Program-made: the position numbers and the translations under genes
Notes under the pieces: generated by a model
The model's input: only the letters and a program-made list of their open reading frames with translations
The model's database searches: none
What the model was told of the DNA's origin: nothing
Source: SAR116 cluster bacterium AG-337-N21
GTDB taxonomy: Bacteria; Pseudomonadota; Alphaproteobacteria; Puniceispirillales; Marisalimonadaceae
NCBI GenBank assembly: GCA_003282145.1
Contig: QBZZ01000003.1
Coordinates: 23,995-87,994 of the forward strand
Length of the DNA: 64,000 nt
Direction: 5' to 3'
Part shown: one piece after another, positions 1 through 12,787 of the stretch
How positions within the stretch are numbered: the first letter of the stretch is position 1
How the letters are laid out: each line of letters opens with the position of its first letter

Positions 1-774
1 TCTCTTGTATGGTTTGTCTGGATTAATATTCCTGGTAATTCAATCCCTATTTTATCAAACTATTCTATCATGCTTTGTTTTTTAGGATCTATTTTTCAGG
101 TTCTTTTTACTTACGTTCTTATGAGAGTTTTCTCTCATAAAAGTTTTGCTGCAGGAATTGCTTTCTCTAAAACAGAAGTAATATTGATAGCATTTTTGGA
201 GATGTTGATATTAAGTGAAATTTTTTCTTTGCCGATAACTCTTGGAATATTATTAGGTGTGATATCTGTATTATTATTGTCATATGCAAAAAAAGCAGAA
301 AGTTTCCTGGATACAATAAAACTTTTATTTAAGTCTGTAACATCAATTGGAACGTTGATTGGCCTTTTGTCAGGCCTGCTTTTAGCTGCATCAGTTGTAA
401 CTTTTAGAATGTCTATAATTTCAGTAGATGGCCCACTTTTAGATAGATCAATATTCATTTCTTTTATCGCGATAATCTTTCAAACAATTATTGTTGGTAT
501 TTATATGTTTTTATTTAAAAGAGACCAGCTAACAGCTGTTTTTAAATTTTGGAAACCTAGTTTGCCCGCTGGGCTTTGTGGAACAGGTGCAACTTTTGGA
601 TGGTTTGTAGCTTTTGGCCTGGCTACAGCTGCAGAAGTAAGAGCGGTAGGGCAAATTGAGTTAATTTTTTCAATTTTAATATCAATGATTATTTTCAAAG
701 AAAAAGTTAAACAAACAGAATTTATTGGCATTATGCTACTTGGTACATCAATTTTAATAATTATTAACCAATAA
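1..774 (+). CDS. DMT/EamA-family transporter, 5' end outside window
   Basis: Frame is open from base 1 (SLVWFVW...). Many hydrophobic helices, with EamA-like motifs GIAFSKTE and VRAVGQIELIFS...IFKEK. Confidence 0.75.
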   Translation, partial: SLVWFVWINIPGNSIPILSNYSIMLCFLGSIFQVLFTYVLMRVFSHKSFAAGIAFSKTEVILIAFLEMLILSEIFSLPITLGILLGVISVLLLSYAKKAESFLDTIKLLFKSVTSIGTLIGLLSGLLLAASVVTFRMSIISVDGPLLDRSIFISFIAIIFQTIIVGIYMFLFKRDQLTAVFKFWKPSLPAGLCGTGATFGWFVAFGLATAAEVRAVGQIELIFSILISMIIFKEKVKQTEFIGIMLLGTSILIIINQ

Positions 775-854
775 GTTAGGGTTTTCATTATTTGTAATTG
801 AATTTTTTATGTTATTGGTCCATTTATTAGAAATCAAAAACAACGGGTAAAAAA

Positions 855-1241
855 ATGAGCAGACAAAGACCACTATCACCTCATCTCCAAATTTACAAAC
901 CACAACTTACCTCAATTCTTTCAATTCTCCACAGAGGTACAGGTATTGCTTTGTCAATGGGGAGTATAATTTTGGTAGTTTGGATAATATCACTTACACT
1001 TGGCAAAGAAACATATCTTTTGTACTCTACAATTATAAATCATTGGTTTAGTCACTTAGTTCTTCTTGGCTTCACTTTTGGGCTGTTTTATCATCTCTCA
1101 AATGGTATAAGACATCTATTCTGGGATGCTGGCTATGGCTATGATTTGAAGCATGCTTATTTTTCGGGCGGGGCAGTAGTTTTTTGTTCTTTATTTTTAA
1201 CTATTTTAACTTGGTTAATAATTTATCTTTACATGATTTAA
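855..1241 (+). CDS. sdhC: Succinate dehydrogenase cytochrome b556 subunit
   Basis: RPLSPHLQIY...SILHRGTG and heme motif YHLSNGIRHLFWD; first gene of the sdh cluster. Confidence 0.97.
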   Translation: MSRQRPLSPHLQIYKPQLTSILSILHRGTGIALSMGSIILVVWIISLTLGKETYLLYSTIINHWFSHLVLLGFTFGLFYHLSNGIRHLFWDAGYGYDLKHAYFSGGAVVFCSLFLTILTWLIIYLYMI

Positions 1242-1245
1242 GTAT

Positions 1246-1629
1246 ATGAATAATAGTACCGTTCAAAATTTAATTAAAGTTAAGGATATGAAAAAACTAA
1301 AAACACACGGAGTTGGTCACTGGAAACTGCAGAGAATTTCTGCTATTGCCATGATACCTTTGGTGATATGGTTTACAACTTCACTTATGTTAGCATTAAT
1401 GAATGGCTACGAGCAGTCAATTGAATGGTTGCAGAGTCCTTTTAATGCAACAGGATTAATACTTCTTTTTGGTACTCTTTATTTTCATGCGGCTTCAGGA
1501 TTACAAGTGGTGATAGAGGATTATGTTCATCATGAGGGGTTGAAAATTGTGTCTTTAATACTTATAAAACTAATAGCGACAGTTTTAGGTGTCCTATCAA
1601 TCCTGTGTGTACTAAAAATTTACTTGTAA
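1246..1629 (+). CDS. sdhD: Succinate dehydrogenase hydrophobic anchor subunit
   Basis: HWKLQRISA and [16 protein letters not shown]; lies between sdhC and sdhA. Start may be the Met at 1288. Confidence 0.95.
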   Translation: MNNSTVQNLIKVKDMKKLKTHGVGHWKLQRISAIAMIPLVIWFTTSLMLALMNGYEQSIEWLQSPFNATGLILLFGTLYFHAASGLQVVIEDYVHHEGLKIVSLILIKLIATVLGVLSILCVLKIYL

Positions 1630-1645
1630 TTATGAAAGTTTACTA

Positions 1646-3436
1646 ATGTCTGAATACGAAATTATAGATCATGAACATGATGTAGTTGTTGTAGGTGCTG
1701 GTGGTGCTGGTTTAAGGGCAACTTTGGGTATGGTATCTGGTGGCTTAAAGACAGCCTGTATTACCAAAGTTTTCCCGACTAGAAGTCACACCGTTGCAGC
1801 ACAAGGCGGAATTGGTGCTGCATTGAATAACATGGGTGAAAATGATAGTTGGCAATTTCATATGTATGATACTGTAAAAGGATCTGATTGGCTAGGTGAT
1901 CAAGATGCGATTGAATATATGTGTAAAGAAGCTATACCTTCTGTTACAGAATTAGAAAACTTTGGAGTTCCGTTTTCTCGTACAGAAGAAGGTGAAGTTT
2001 ATCAGCGCCCTTTTGGTGGACACACCCTAGATTATGGAAAAAAAATGGCTAGAAGAGCTTGTGCTGCAGCTGACAGAACTGGTCACGCAATTTTGCATAC
2101 TCTTTATCAACAATGTTTAAAACATCAAGCTGAATTTTTTGTTGAGTATATAGCTCTTGATTTGTTAATGGATGACAATGGTAAATGTGTAGGTGTTTTA
2201 GCTTTATGCATGGATGATGGGAAAATTCATAGGTTTCGCGGTCATCAAACTGTATTAGCTACTGGTGGTTATGGGCGTGTTTACTTTTCCTGTACCTCAG
2301 CACATACATGTACGGGAGACGGTAACGCTATGGTTTTGAGAGCTGGTTTGCCACTGCAGGATATGGAATTTGTGCAATTTCATCCAACAGGTGTTTATGG
2401 AGCTGGAGTGTTAATTACGGAAGGCTCACGTGGAGAAGGTGGTTATTTAACAAATTCTGAAGGTGAAAGGTTTATGGAAAGATATGCCCCTACTGCTAAA
2501 GATTTAGCAAGTAGAGATGTTGTATCTAGGTCAATGACAATTGAAATTAATGAAGGTAGAGGTGTAGGACCTAACAAAGATCACATTTTCATGCATCTTG
2601 AACATATTGATCCTGCAACTTTACATATGCGATTGCCAGGAATAAGTGAAACTGCAAAAATATTTTGTGGGGTCGATGTAACTAAAGAGCCTATTCCTGT
2701 CTTACCAACTGTGCATTATAATATGGGTGGAATACCAACTAATTATAATGGTGAAGTTGTCACCCGGAAGGGCAATGATCAAAATGCAGTAGTATCAGGA
2801 TTAATGGCTATTGGTGAGGCTGCATGTGTCTCTGTTCATGGAGCAAATAGGTTGGGCACAAACTCATTGCTGGATATAGTTGTATTTGGAAGAGCAGCAG
2901 CCCAAAGAGCATTAAAAACAGTTGAAAAAGGCGCCTCACACGCTCCCTTACCTAAGCGTGTGACAGATAAAATTTTGGCAAGACTAGACAAAATGAGATA
3001 TGCTAAAGGCGACGTCTCTGTCGGAGAGATAAGAAATTCAATGCAAAATGCAATGCAAAAACATGCAGCTGTGTTTAGGTCTAACTCTTCAATGAATGAA
3101 GGCGTAAAAAAAGTTGATACAATTGCAAATAGCTTGGATGGGGTTGGTATAAAAGATAGGTCATTAATATTTAATACTGACTTGGTCGAAGCATTAGAAC
3201 TTGAAAATTTAATGCAACAAGCAATAGTTACAATTAAATCTGCTGATCAACGAAAAGAATCTCGAGGTGCTCATTCTCATGAGGATTATCCAGATAGGGA
3301 TGATAAAGATTGGATGAAGCATACAATCATGTGGTTAAATGAAAAAAATAAAACTAAACTTGATTATAGAGATGTTCATTTAAATACCTTAACTAACGAA
3401 GTTGCTTCAATTCCTCCAGCAGCAAGAGTATACTAA
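1646..3436 (+). CDS. sdhA: Succinate dehydrogenase flavoprotein subunit
   Basis: VVGAGGAG, covalent-FAD motif [27 protein letters not shown]. Confidence 0.99.
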   Translation: MSEYEIIDHEHDVVVVGAGGAGLRATLGMVSGGLKTACITKVFPTRSHTVAAQGGIGAALNNMGENDSWQFHMYDTVKGSDWLGDQDAIEYMCKEAIPSVTELENFGVPFSRTEEGEVYQRPFGGHTLDYGKKMARRACAAADRTGHAILHTLYQQCLKHQAEFFVEYIALDLLMDDNGKCVGVLALCMDDGKIHRFRGHQTVLATGGYGRVYFSCTSAHTCTGDGNAMVLRAGLPLQDMEFVQFHPTGVYGAGVLITEGSRGEGGYLTNSEGERFMERYAPTAKDLASRDVVSRSMTIEINEGRGVGPNKDHIFMHLEHIDPATLHMRLPGISETAKIFCGVDVTKEPIPVLPTVHYNMGGIPTNYNGEVVTRKGNDQNAVVSGLMAIGEAACVSVHGANRLGTNSLLDIVVFGRAAAQRALKTVEKGASHAPLPKRVTDKILARLDKMRYAKGDVSVGEIRNSMQNAMQKHAAVFRSNSSMNEGVKKVDTIANSLDGVGIKDRSLIFNTDLVEALELENLMQQAIVTIKSADQRKESRGAHSHEDYPDRDDKDWMKHTIMWLNEKNKTKLDYRDVHLNTLTNEVASIPPAARVY

Positions 3437-3453
3437 TTTAAAAGGAGTTATTT

Positions 3454-4233
3454 GTGGCTGAGTTTGCCTTACCAAGACATTCTAAAATAGTTAAAGGTAT
3501 TGATTACCCATATAAAGGTGATACAAAAAACTCTCGAAAAGTTAACGTTTATAGATGGTCTCCAGACGATGACGAAAATCCCAGAATTGATAGCTATACT
3601 ATTGATTTAGATGATTGTGGGCCAATGGTTTTGGATGCCTTAATAAAAATTAAACAGGAAATTGATTCAAGTTTAACATTTAGACGTTCTTGTAGAGAAG
3701 GTATATGTGGTTCATGTTCAATGAATATTGATGGCACAAATACTTTAGCTTGTTTAAAATCCATAGAAGATGTTAAAGGAGAAATAAATATATATCCCCT
3801 CCCACACATGGATGTTGTAAAAGATCTTGTACCTGATTTGACAAAAGCCTACGCTCAATTAACATCTGTTAAACCTTGGTTGCAAACTGATACTAAACCA
3901 GAAAAGGGTAAATCTAGAAAGCAATCTCCAAAAGAAAGAGAACAAATTGACGGTTTATGGGAGTGTGTTTTGTGCTTTTCATGCACTACCTCTTGTCCAT
4001 CTTATTGGTGGAATGGTGATAAATATTTAGGCCCTGCAGTGTTATTACAAGCGTATAGGTGGATCGCAGACAGTCGTGATGAAAATACAAATGAAAGATT
4101 AGATGATTTAGAAGATTCTTTTAAATTGTATAGATGCCATACAATTATGAATTGTACAAAAACATGTCCTAAAGGTTTAAACCCTGCTAAAGCAATCGGA
4201 GAGATAAAGAAGCTTCAACTGGAACGGAAATAA
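3454..4233 (+). CDS. sdhB: Succinate dehydrogenase iron-sulfur subunit
   Basis: GTG start after AAGGAG. Cys motifs [34 protein letters not shown]. Confidence 0.99.
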   Translation: MAEFALPRHSKIVKGIDYPYKGDTKNSRKVNVYRWSPDDDENPRIDSYTIDLDDCGPMVLDALIKIKQEIDSSLTFRRSCREGICGSCSMNIDGTNTLACLKSIEDVKGEINIYPLPHMDVVKDLVPDLTKAYAQLTSVKPWLQTDTKPEKGKSRKQSPKEREQIDGLWECVLCFSCTTSCPSYWWNGDKYLGPAVLLQAYRWIADSRDENTNERLDDLEDSFKLYRCHTIMNCTKTCPKGLNPAKAIGEIKKLQLERK

Positions 4234-4253
4234 CCCTTGCCCTTATCTTAAAA

Positions 4254-5342
4254 ATGGCCAATAACACTAAAATAATTAATAAAAATAATCTTGAAGCCAT
4301 TGCACTTAAAAAATCTATTAGTTTTGACCCAGGCCAAATCATAGTATCAAAGTATCTCGATATTCTTCTAAAAGAAATCAATAGTTTAGATAAAAACTTT
4401 TCAATATTTAATATTCTTTCTGGTGTTAAAAAGAAAAATATTAAAGGTGTTTACATATTTGGAGGCGTAGGAAGAGGTAAATCTATGATTATGGACTTAT
4501 TTTTTCAAAATCTTGAAATTAAAGATAAAAGAAGACTGCATTTTCATGACTTTATGAAAGAAGTGCATCAGAGAATACTAAACAAAAGTAAATCTGAAAG
4601 AAATAAAGATAGTGTTCTATTAGTAGGTAAAGATCTTGCTGAATCTGCAAAATTGCTTTGCTTTGATGAAATGGAAGTTAAGGATATTGCTGATGCAATG
4701 ATATTGTCAAGATTATTTGAGGTAATGTTTGATCAAGGTACTATTTTAGTTACGACTTCAAATCAGCCTCCTGATGGACTTTATAAAAATGGCCTACACA
4801 GAGATAGAATTTTACCATTTATAGAAAGTTTAAAAAATAAAAATAATATTATAAAAATACCAGATGGTGAGGATTGGAGAGAAAGGTCTTTGAGTGGAAA
4901 TAAGGTTTGGTTAAGTCCTATAAATAAAAATAATAATAAAAAGGTAGATAAAATATTTGAAAATTTAAGTTTAGGCTTTGAAAAGATATCTGAAAATATA
5001 GAAATAGCTGGCAGAAAAATTTTTATTCCTCAAGTTGCTGCAGGAATTGCAAGAATGGATTTTGATGATTTATGTAATAAACCTTTAGCAGCCTCAGACT
5101 ACATAGAGATAGCATTGAGATATAAGGGTATTATAATAGACAACATACCTGAGTTAAATGATATTTTGCGTAATGAAACCCGAAGGTTCATTTGGTTAAT
5201 TGATGCCTTGTATGATAAAGATTGTTTTCTAATTGCTAATGCAGAAGTTGACTTTAAAAACCTTTATCAAGGAAAAGAATGGGAATTTGAATTTCAAAGA
5301 ACAATCTCAAGAATTACAGAAATGTCACAATTAGAAAATTAG
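4254..5342 (+). CDS. zapE: AFG1/ZapE-family ATPase
   Basis: Walker A GGVGRGKS, HFHDFM, Walker B LCFDE, TTSN, RRFIWLIDALYD; usual position upstream of mdh. Confidence 0.93.
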   Translation: MANNTKIINKNNLEAIALKKSISFDPGQIIVSKYLDILLKEINSLDKNFSIFNILSGVKKKNIKGVYIFGGVGRGKSMIMDLFFQNLEIKDKRRLHFHDFMKEVHQRILNKSKSERNKDSVLLVGKDLAESAKLLCFDEMEVKDIADAMILSRLFEVMFDQGTILVTTSNQPPDGLYKNGLHRDRILPFIESLKNKNNIIKIPDGEDWRERSLSGNKVWLSPINKNNNKKVDKIFENLSLGFEKISENIEIAGRKIFIPQVAAGIARMDFDDLCNKPLAASDYIEIALRYKGIIIDNIPELNDILRNETRRFIWLIDALYDKDCFLIANAEVDFKNLYQGKEWEFEFQRTISRITEMSQLEN

Positions 5343-5452
5343 ATAACGTATTTAATCTTACCTTGATAGCATCCAAAAAAAAGTTTAAAAGATAACCAGA
5401 AATCATAAAAGTATAGTCAATTTTAAATAATGATTAAACTAACTTTCTTTAA

Positions 5453-6433
<981 letters not shown>

Positions 6434-6455
6434 ATATCATAGAGAGGTATAAGTT

Positions 6456-7625
6456 TTGGATATTCATGAACATCAAGCTAAAGAGCTATTAAAGGAATAT
6501 GATATTCCAACTCCAAAAGGAAAAGCTGTTTTTTCAGTTGAGGAGGCTTTAATTGCAGCAAAAGAATTACCTGGTCCAGTTTATGTCGTGAAAGCACAAA
6601 TTCATGCAGGTGGAAGAGGCAAAGCTGGTGGTGTAAAAGTTGTAAAGGATTTAGAAACATTAAAAAATGCAGCTGAAACAATCCTTGGCAAAAAGTTAAT
6701 AACACATCAAACTAGTAGTGAAGGAAAACTTGTTCAGAGATTATATATAGAAGACGGATGTAATATAGATTCAGAATATTATTTTTCTATGGTCATAGAT
6801 AGAGTTAGCAGTAGAATTTCACTAATAGCTTCAACAGAAGGTGGAATGGATATTGAAAAAGTTGCCGAAGAAAATCCAGAAAAAATATTATCTTTTAATA
6901 TTGATCCTACAATAGGCTTTCAACCCTTTCATTCTAGATTGATAGCAAATAGTCTTAACTTAACTGGAACAAGTTTTAAACAAGCTGGTGATTTTTTTAG
7001 TCAGTTATATAAGCTTTTTACTGAAAATGATGCAAGTCTGTTAGAGATAAACCCCTTAGTTTTAACTTCTGAAAATAACTTGATAGCCCTAGATGCAAAA
7101 ATGTCATTTGATAATAATGCACTTTATAGACATCCAAAAATAATGGCTTTAAGAGATGAAACTGAAGAAGATCCCGCCGAAATTTTAGCCAGTAAATATG
7201 ATCTAGCTTATATCAAACTAGATGGGACTATTGGGTGTTTGGTAAATGGAGCTGGTCTTGCAATGGCAACTATGGACATTATTAAATTAAAAGGTTCGTC
7301 CCCTGCCAATTTCTTAGATGTTGGTGGCAGTGCTACAAAAGAAAAAGTTACAGAAGCATTCAAAATCATACTATCAGATGAAGCTGTTGAAGGAATTTTA
7401 GTAAATATTTTTGGAGGAATAATGCGATGTGACATCATCGCAGAAGGAGTTGTAGCAGCAGCAAAAGCCTTGTCATTAACAAAACCATTAGTAGTCAGGT
7501 TGGCAGGTACAAACGTTGATGAAGGCAAAAAAATATTATCAGATTCTGGTCTAAAAATAACACCAGCAGATGACTTAGACGATGCAGCTGTTAAGATTGT
7601 AAATGCAGTTAAGGAGATAAATTAA
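6456..7625 (+). CDS. sucC: Succinyl-CoA synthetase beta subunit
   Basis: TTG start after [42 protein letters not shown]. Confidence 0.98.
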   Translation: MDIHEHQAKELLKEYDIPTPKGKAVFSVEEALIAAKELPGPVYVVKAQIHAGGRGKAGGVKVVKDLETLKNAAETILGKKLITHQTSSEGKLVQRLYIEDGCNIDSEYYFSMVIDRVSSRISLIASTEGGMDIEKVAEENPEKILSFNIDPTIGFQPFHSRLIANSLNLTGTSFKQAGDFFSQLYKLFTENDASLLEINPLVLTSENNLIALDAKMSFDNNALYRHPKIMALRDETEEDPAEILASKYDLAYIKLDGTIGCLVNGAGLAMATMDIIKLKGSSPANFLDVGGSATKEKVTEAFKIILSDEAVEGILVNIFGGIMRCDIIAEGVVAAAKALSLTKPLVVRLAGTNVDEGKKILSDSGLKITPADDLDDAAVKIVNAVKEIN

Positions 7626-8507
7626 ATGTCTGTTTTGATTAACATAGATACGAGAGTAATTTGCCAGGGATTTACAGGCGGCCAGGGCACTTTTCATTCA
7701 GAGCAGGCTATAGCGTATGGGACTAAAATGGTTGGAGGTGTAACACCAGGTAAAGGTGGGACAATTCATTTAAACCTTCCAGTTTTCAATACAGTTAGAG
7801 AATGTGTTGAAGAAGTTAATCCGGATGCATCAGTAATTTATGTACCACCGCCATTTGCAGCGGATTCAATTTTAGAAGCTATTTCTTCAAACATACCATT
7901 AATTATCTGTATCACTGAAGGTATTCCGGTCCAAGATATGATTAAAGTTAAGCAGTACCTTAATAAGTCGAATTCTAGGTTGATTGGACCAAATTGCCCG
8001 GGGGTAATTACACCAGGGCAATGTAAAATTGGTATAATGCCTGGACATATTCATACTCCTGGAAAAGTTGGAATAGTCTCTAGGTCAGGTACATTAACCT
8101 ATGAGGCTGTTGCTCAAACAACTGCCGCAGGGCTGGGTCAGTCAACTTGTATTGGAATTGGAGGTGATCCTATCAATGGCACTAATTTCATTGACTGTCT
8201 TGAAATGTTTTTAAATGATGAACAAACAGAAGCAATACTCATGATTGGAGAAATTGGAGGTAGCGCTGAAGAAGATGCAGCTGCTTTTATTCAAAATCAT
8301 AAAATAAAAAAACCTATAGCAGGCTTTATAGCAGGTAAGACTGCTCCTCCTGGAAGAACCATGGGTCATGCGGGAGCAATTGTTAGTGGAGGCAGTGGTG
8401 ACGCAGATTCAAAAGTTAAAGTTATGAAAGATTGCGGCTTTATAATGTCTGAATCACCTTCAGGTTTAGGTAAAGCAGTCGTAAAAGCAATACAACTATG
8501 GAAATAA
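7626..8507 (+). CDS. sucD: Succinyl-CoA synthetase alpha subunit
   Basis: [20 protein letters not shown], phospho-His motif MGHAGA. Confidence 0.98.
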   Translation: MSVLINIDTRVICQGFTGGQGTFHSEQAIAYGTKMVGGVTPGKGGTIHLNLPVFNTVRECVEEVNPDASVIYVPPPFAADSILEAISSNIPLIICITEGIPVQDMIKVKQYLNKSNSRLIGPNCPGVITPGQCKIGIMPGHIHTPGKVGIVSRSGTLTYEAVAQTTAAGLGQSTCIGIGGDPINGTNFIDCLEMFLNDEQTEAILMIGEIGGSAEEDAAAFIQNHKIKKPIAGFIAGKTAPPGRTMGHAGAIVSGGSGDADSKVKVMKDCGFIMSESPSGLGKAVVKAIQLWK

Positions 8508-8575
8508 CTTGATTTAATTGTCAACTTTTTGTGTAGTATACCTTTATTAATCACTTGTTAAAAGGATTTGTAACT

Positions 8576-11467
8576 ATGGACGATCAAAACCCTGATCAAA
8601 GTTTTCTTTCTGGTACAAATGTGACTTTCATTAATGATTTGTACAAAGAATGGAAGATTAATCCAAATGCAGTACCGAAGGAATGGGATCTATGGTTTAA
8701 GAGTAATGGAGATGAACCTATACTTGATGATGGTCCAAGTTGGGCCAAAAAAAACAGTCAAGTTGTTGGAGCAATAGATACTGTTGAGAGTGTAAGAGCA
8801 GTAGCAAGAGGTATTGTGGGCAAAGGTGATTTATCAGCTACAGATTTAAGAGCAGCAACAACTGACTCAATTCGTGCTATAATGCTTATTAGAGCTTTTA
8901 GAATTAATGGACATCTTTTAGCTAAGTTAGACCCTCTTAATTTACAACAGGGTGATATACACCCAGAACTAAATCCAAAAACTTATGGTTTTAGTGATGA
9001 TGATTGGGATAGACCAATATTTATAGATAATGTTCTTGGAATGGAGTCAGCAACCTTAAGACAAATAATGGAAATAGTAAAAGAAACTTATTGTGGGTCC
9101 ATAGGAATAGAGTTTATGCATGTGCAAGATCCAGCACAAAAAGCCTGGATACAAGAAAGAATAGAATCGATTAGAAATGCTACAGAATTTACCAAACGAG
9201 GTAAAAAAGCTATTTATGAAAGATTGGTTGGTGCAGAGACATTTGAACAATTTCTTCATAAAAAATATGCTGGAACTAAACGATTTGGTCTAGACGGATC
9301 AGAGTCTGTTGTTCCAGCTATCGAGCAAATATTAAAGCGTGGTAGTCAGCTAGGCATGAAAGAAGTTGTAATTGCAATGGCTCACCGAGGAAGATTAAAT
9401 CTTTTATATAATATATTAAATAAACCCTTTAGAGCAATTATTTCTGAGTTTTTGGGTAATCAGGCAAATCCAGAAGAAGCAGGTGGGTCAGGAGATGTTA
9501 AATATCACATGGGTGCTTCTGCTGATAGAGAGTTTGATGGTAATAACGTACATTTATCATTACAAGCAAATCCGTCTCATTTAGAAGTAGTAGCTCCTGT
9601 TGTTATTGGAAGGGTCCGTGCAAAACAAAATCAACATAATGATACTAATGACAGATTATCAGTGTTAGGTATTGTTTTACACGGAGATGCTGCTTTTGCA
9701 GGTCAAGGTATAGTTGCTGAAACTTTTGATTTTTCTGGATTAAGAGGCTATAGAACGGGTGGAACTATTCACATAGTTGTAAACAATCAAATAGGATTTA
9801 CTACTAGCCCAAACTACTCTCGTTCAAGCCCATATTGTACAGACGTAGCAAAAATGGTTATGGCTCCAATTATGCATATTAATGGTGACGACCCCGAAGC
9901 TGTTGTTCACGCATCAAGAATAGCAACTGAATTTAGACAAAAATTTGCATGTGATGTTGTTTTAGATATTATTAGTTACCGTCGTTATGGTCATAATGAA
10001 GGAGACGAACCTGCTTTCACTCAACCAATTATGTATAAAACTATTGGATCTCACAATAGTATTAGTAAAATTTATGCGTCAAAACTTATTAATGAAGGTA
10101 TATTAACTGACCAGGAAGCTAAGGACGAAGTTAACAATCATAATAAATTTCTTGAAAAAGAATTTGAAGCAGGAACTAATTATAAGCCCAATAAAGCTGA
10201 TTGGTTAGAAGGTCAATGGTCAAGTTTAAGGGCTGCTCATGGAGATGACCGAAGGGGTGAGACATCAGTATCCATAGATGACTTAAAATTAATTGGAAAA
10301 GCAATAACCACTATACCCGCAAATATAAATGTAAACAAAAAACTTCAACGTATAGTTGAAACTAGAAAAAAAGCTATTGAGACTGGTGAAGGTATAGATT
10401 GGTCTACTGCTGAACACCTTGCATTTGGTTCATTATTATTAGAAGGATATCCAGTTAGATTGTCTGGACAAGATAGTTGCAGAGGAACTTTTTCTCAAAG
10501 GCATTCTGTGTTTATTGACCAAGTATCAGAAGAAAGATACACGCCGCTAAATAATATAACTTCCAACCAACAAAATTTTGAAGTTATCGACTCTCCTTTA
10601 TCAGAGGCTTCTGTATTAGGTTTTGAGTATGGTTATTCTCTTACAGAGCCAACTGCATTAGTAATGTGGGAAGCTCAGTTTGGAGATTTTGCTAATGGTG
10701 CCCAGGTAATAGTCGATCAATTTATTTCAAGCGGTGAAGCTAAATGGTTAAGAATGTCAGGGCTTGTTATGTTACTTCCTCATGGTTACGAAGGTCAGGG
10801 ACCAGAACATTCTTCAGCAAGATTGGAGAGATATCTTCAATTATGTGGTGAAGATAATATGCAAGTTTTAAATTGCAGTACACCTGCAAATTATTTTCAT
10901 GCCTTAAGAAGACAACTTAAAAGAGATTTCAGAAAACCATTGATTATAATGACACCAAAAAGTCTTCTTAGAAATAAGGCTTGTGTTTCTAAATTATCCG
11001 ATATGTCGGAGAATACTGCTTTTAGAAGAGTAATAAGAGACCCTAATACAAACCTTAAGGATAATGATATTAAAAAGGTGGTTATTTGTTCTGGTAAAGT
11101 TTTTTACAATTTATTAGAAGAAAGAGAAAATAGGAAATTAGACAGTGTAAAAATTTTAAGATTAGAACAAATTTATCCCTTTCCTCATTCAACTTTAAAA
11201 GAAATATTATCCGATACGCCTAACGCAGAATTTGTTTGGTGCCAAGAAGAACCAAAAAATATGGGTGCATGGTTCTTTGTAGATAGAAAAATTGAAGATG
11301 TTCTCAAGTCATTTAAAGCAAAATTTTCACGACCCTCTTATGCTGGTCGAGCAGAGGCTGCTTCTCCTGCAACAGGATCTTTATCTAGGCATAACAAAGA
11401 ACAAGCAGATTTAGTAAACGAAGCTTTAGAAACGACTCAAAAAACAACTAAGCACGCGGCTGAATAG
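8576..11467 (+). CDS. sucA: 2-oxoglutarate dehydrogenase E1
   Basis: GHLLAKLDPL, AHRGRLN, GDVKYH, TPP motif HGDAAFAGQG, LPHGYEGQGPEHSSAR. ATG at 8576 follows AAGGA. Confidence 0.98.
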   Translation: MDDQNPDQSFLSGTNVTFINDLYKEWKINPNAVPKEWDLWFKSNGDEPILDDGPSWAKKNSQVVGAIDTVESVRAVARGIVGKGDLSATDLRAATTDSIRAIMLIRAFRINGHLLAKLDPLNLQQGDIHPELNPKTYGFSDDDWDRPIFIDNVLGMESATLRQIMEIVKETYCGSIGIEFMHVQDPAQKAWIQERIESIRNATEFTKRGKKAIYERLVGAETFEQFLHKKYAGTKRFGLDGSESVVPAIEQILKRGSQLGMKEVVIAMAHRGRLNLLYNILNKPFRAIISEFLGNQANPEEAGGSGDVKYHMGASADREFDGNNVHLSLQANPSHLEVVAPVVIGRVRAKQNQHNDTNDRLSVLGIVLHGDAAFAGQGIVAETFDFSGLRGYRTGGTIHIVVNNQIGFTTSPNYSRSSPYCTDVAKMVMAPIMHINGDDPEAVVHASRIATEFRQKFACDVVLDIISYRRYGHNEGDEPAFTQPIMYKTIGSHNSISKIYASKLINEGILTDQEAKDEVNNHNKFLEKEFEAGTNYKPNKADWLEGQWSSLRAAHGDDRRGETSVSIDDLKLIGKAITTIPANINVNKKLQRIVETRKKAIETGEGIDWSTAEHLAFGSLLLEGYPVRLSGQDSCRGTFSQRHSVFIDQVSEERYTPLNNITSNQQNFEVIDSPLSEASVLGFEYGYSLTEPTALVMWEAQFGDFANGAQVIVDQFISSGEAKWLRMSGLVMLLPHGYEGQGPEHSSARLERYLQLCGEDNMQVLNCSTPANYFHALRRQLKRDFRKPLIIMTPKSLLRNKACVSKLSDMSENTAFRRVIRDPNTNLKDNDIKKVVICSGKVFYNLLEERENRKLDSVKILRLEQIYPFPHSTLKEILSDTPNAEFVWCQEEPKNMGAWFFVDRKIEDVLKSFKAKFSRPSYAGRAEAASPATGSLSRHNKEQADLVNEALETTQKTTKHAAE

Positions 11468-11475
11468 TTTGAAAT

Positions 11476-12768
11476 ATGGAAGATGAAAATAAAATTACTA
11501 GCAAAATAGCCATGCCCTCTGCGGCAAAAATTATAAAGGAAAAAAAATTAGACATCTCCGATATAGCTAGTACAGGTGTCAATAATAGGGTAACAAAAGG
11601 TGATGTTCTTTTATATTTAAATCAAATCAAAACTGAAGATGGATTGAAGGTAAAAAACATAAAAAAAGAAAAACAAATAAATGTACGAAAGGGTAGTGGG
11701 ATGGATGTTTTGGTTCCAGTTTTAGGAGAGTCTGTTGTAGAAGCAACAGTTTCTAAGTGGATAAAAAAACAAGGAGAGTTCGTTGAAGTAGATGACCCAA
11801 TTGTAGAGTTAGAAACAGATAAAGTCACATTAGAAGTTCCGGCAGCTACTTCTGGTATTCTAGATAACCTTACCGTTTCAGAAGGTGATACCGTTGAGGT
11901 TGGTGCACTGTTGGGAATTATAATTGCCGGAGAAAAATCTGATGAAACTCCTGCACCTGCGCCAAAACAAGAAGACAATAAGATTGATGAGCAAGTAAGT
12001 GTAACTGAAAAAGTTGAAAATAAGATAAGTAGCAATAAATCTGATGTAATTGAAGAAGCCGTTAATAAAAACCTTGAAGAACGTGTCCCAATGTCCCGCT
12101 TACGACAAGCTATCGCTCGTAGATTAAAGGAAGCACAAAATACTGCTGCTATGTTAACAACATACAACGAGGTTGATATGTCAGCTTTAATGGAAATGCG
12201 AAATAATTACCAAGATAGTTTTGAAAAGAAAAATGGAGTTAGGCTTGGATATATGAGTTTTTTTGTTAAAGCCTCAATAGATGCACTAAGCCAGTTTCCT
12301 GCAGTAAATGCAGAAATAGATAACAATGACATTATTTACAAAAATTATTATAACATAGGTGTTGCAGTTGGTACTTCTCAAGGTTTAGTCGTACCAGTTC
12401 TAAAAAATGCAGACAAAATGTCTTTTGGAGAGACTGAGATTGCCATTGCAGATTTTGGTAAAAAAGCAAAAGATGGCAGTTTAGGTATATCTGATATGGC
12501 TGGCGGAACTTTTACAATTTCTAATGGTGGAGTTTATGGTTCTTTAATGTCGTCACCAATTTTAAATCCACCTCAGTCAGGTATTTTAGGAATGCATAAA
12601 ATTCAAAAAAGACCAGTTGCAATAGGTGATAACATGGAAATTCGTCCAATGATGTATTTAGCCTTATCGTACGATCACCGTATTATTGATGGACGAGAGG
12701 CTGTTTCTTTTTTAGTAAGAATTAAAGAAATTATAGAAGATCCAAGACGTCTAGTTGTTGGAGCATAA
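11476..12768 (+). CDS. sucB: Dihydrolipoamide succinyltransferase E2 with permuted domain order
   Basis: Lipoyl motif ELETDK (K116), catalytic DHRIIDG, and an E3-binding-like motif at residues 12-48; lies between sucA and lpdA. Confidence 0.96.
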   Translation: MEDENKITSKIAMPSAAKIIKEKKLDISDIASTGVNNRVTKGDVLLYLNQIKTEDGLKVKNIKKEKQINVRKGSGMDVLVPVLGESVVEATVSKWIKKQGEFVEVDDPIVELETDKVTLEVPAATSGILDNLTVSEGDTVEVGALLGIIIAGEKSDETPAPAPKQEDNKIDEQVSVTEKVENKISSNKSDVIEEAVNKNLEERVPMSRLRQAIARRLKEAQNTAAMLTTYNEVDMSALMEMRNNYQDSFEKKNGVRLGYMSFFVKASIDALSQFPAVNAEIDNNDIIYKNYYNIGVAVGTSQGLVVPVLKNADKMSFGETEIAIADFGKKAKDGSLGISDMAGGTFTISNGGVYGSLMSSPILNPPQSGILGMHKIQKRPVAIGDNMEIRPMMYLALSYDHRIIDGREAVSFLVRIKEIIEDPRRLVVGA

Positions 12769-12787
12769 TTGTAAGTAAAGGTTTAGT

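Noticed and set aside
4254-5342. zapE embedded in the TCA cluster
   Set aside because: zapE-mdh-sucCDAB linkage is a known alphaproteobacterial arrangement.
8509-8524. FNR-like box TTGAT...GTCAA upstream of sucA
   Set aside because: Spacer is 6 nt rather than 4, and the second half-site is imperfect.
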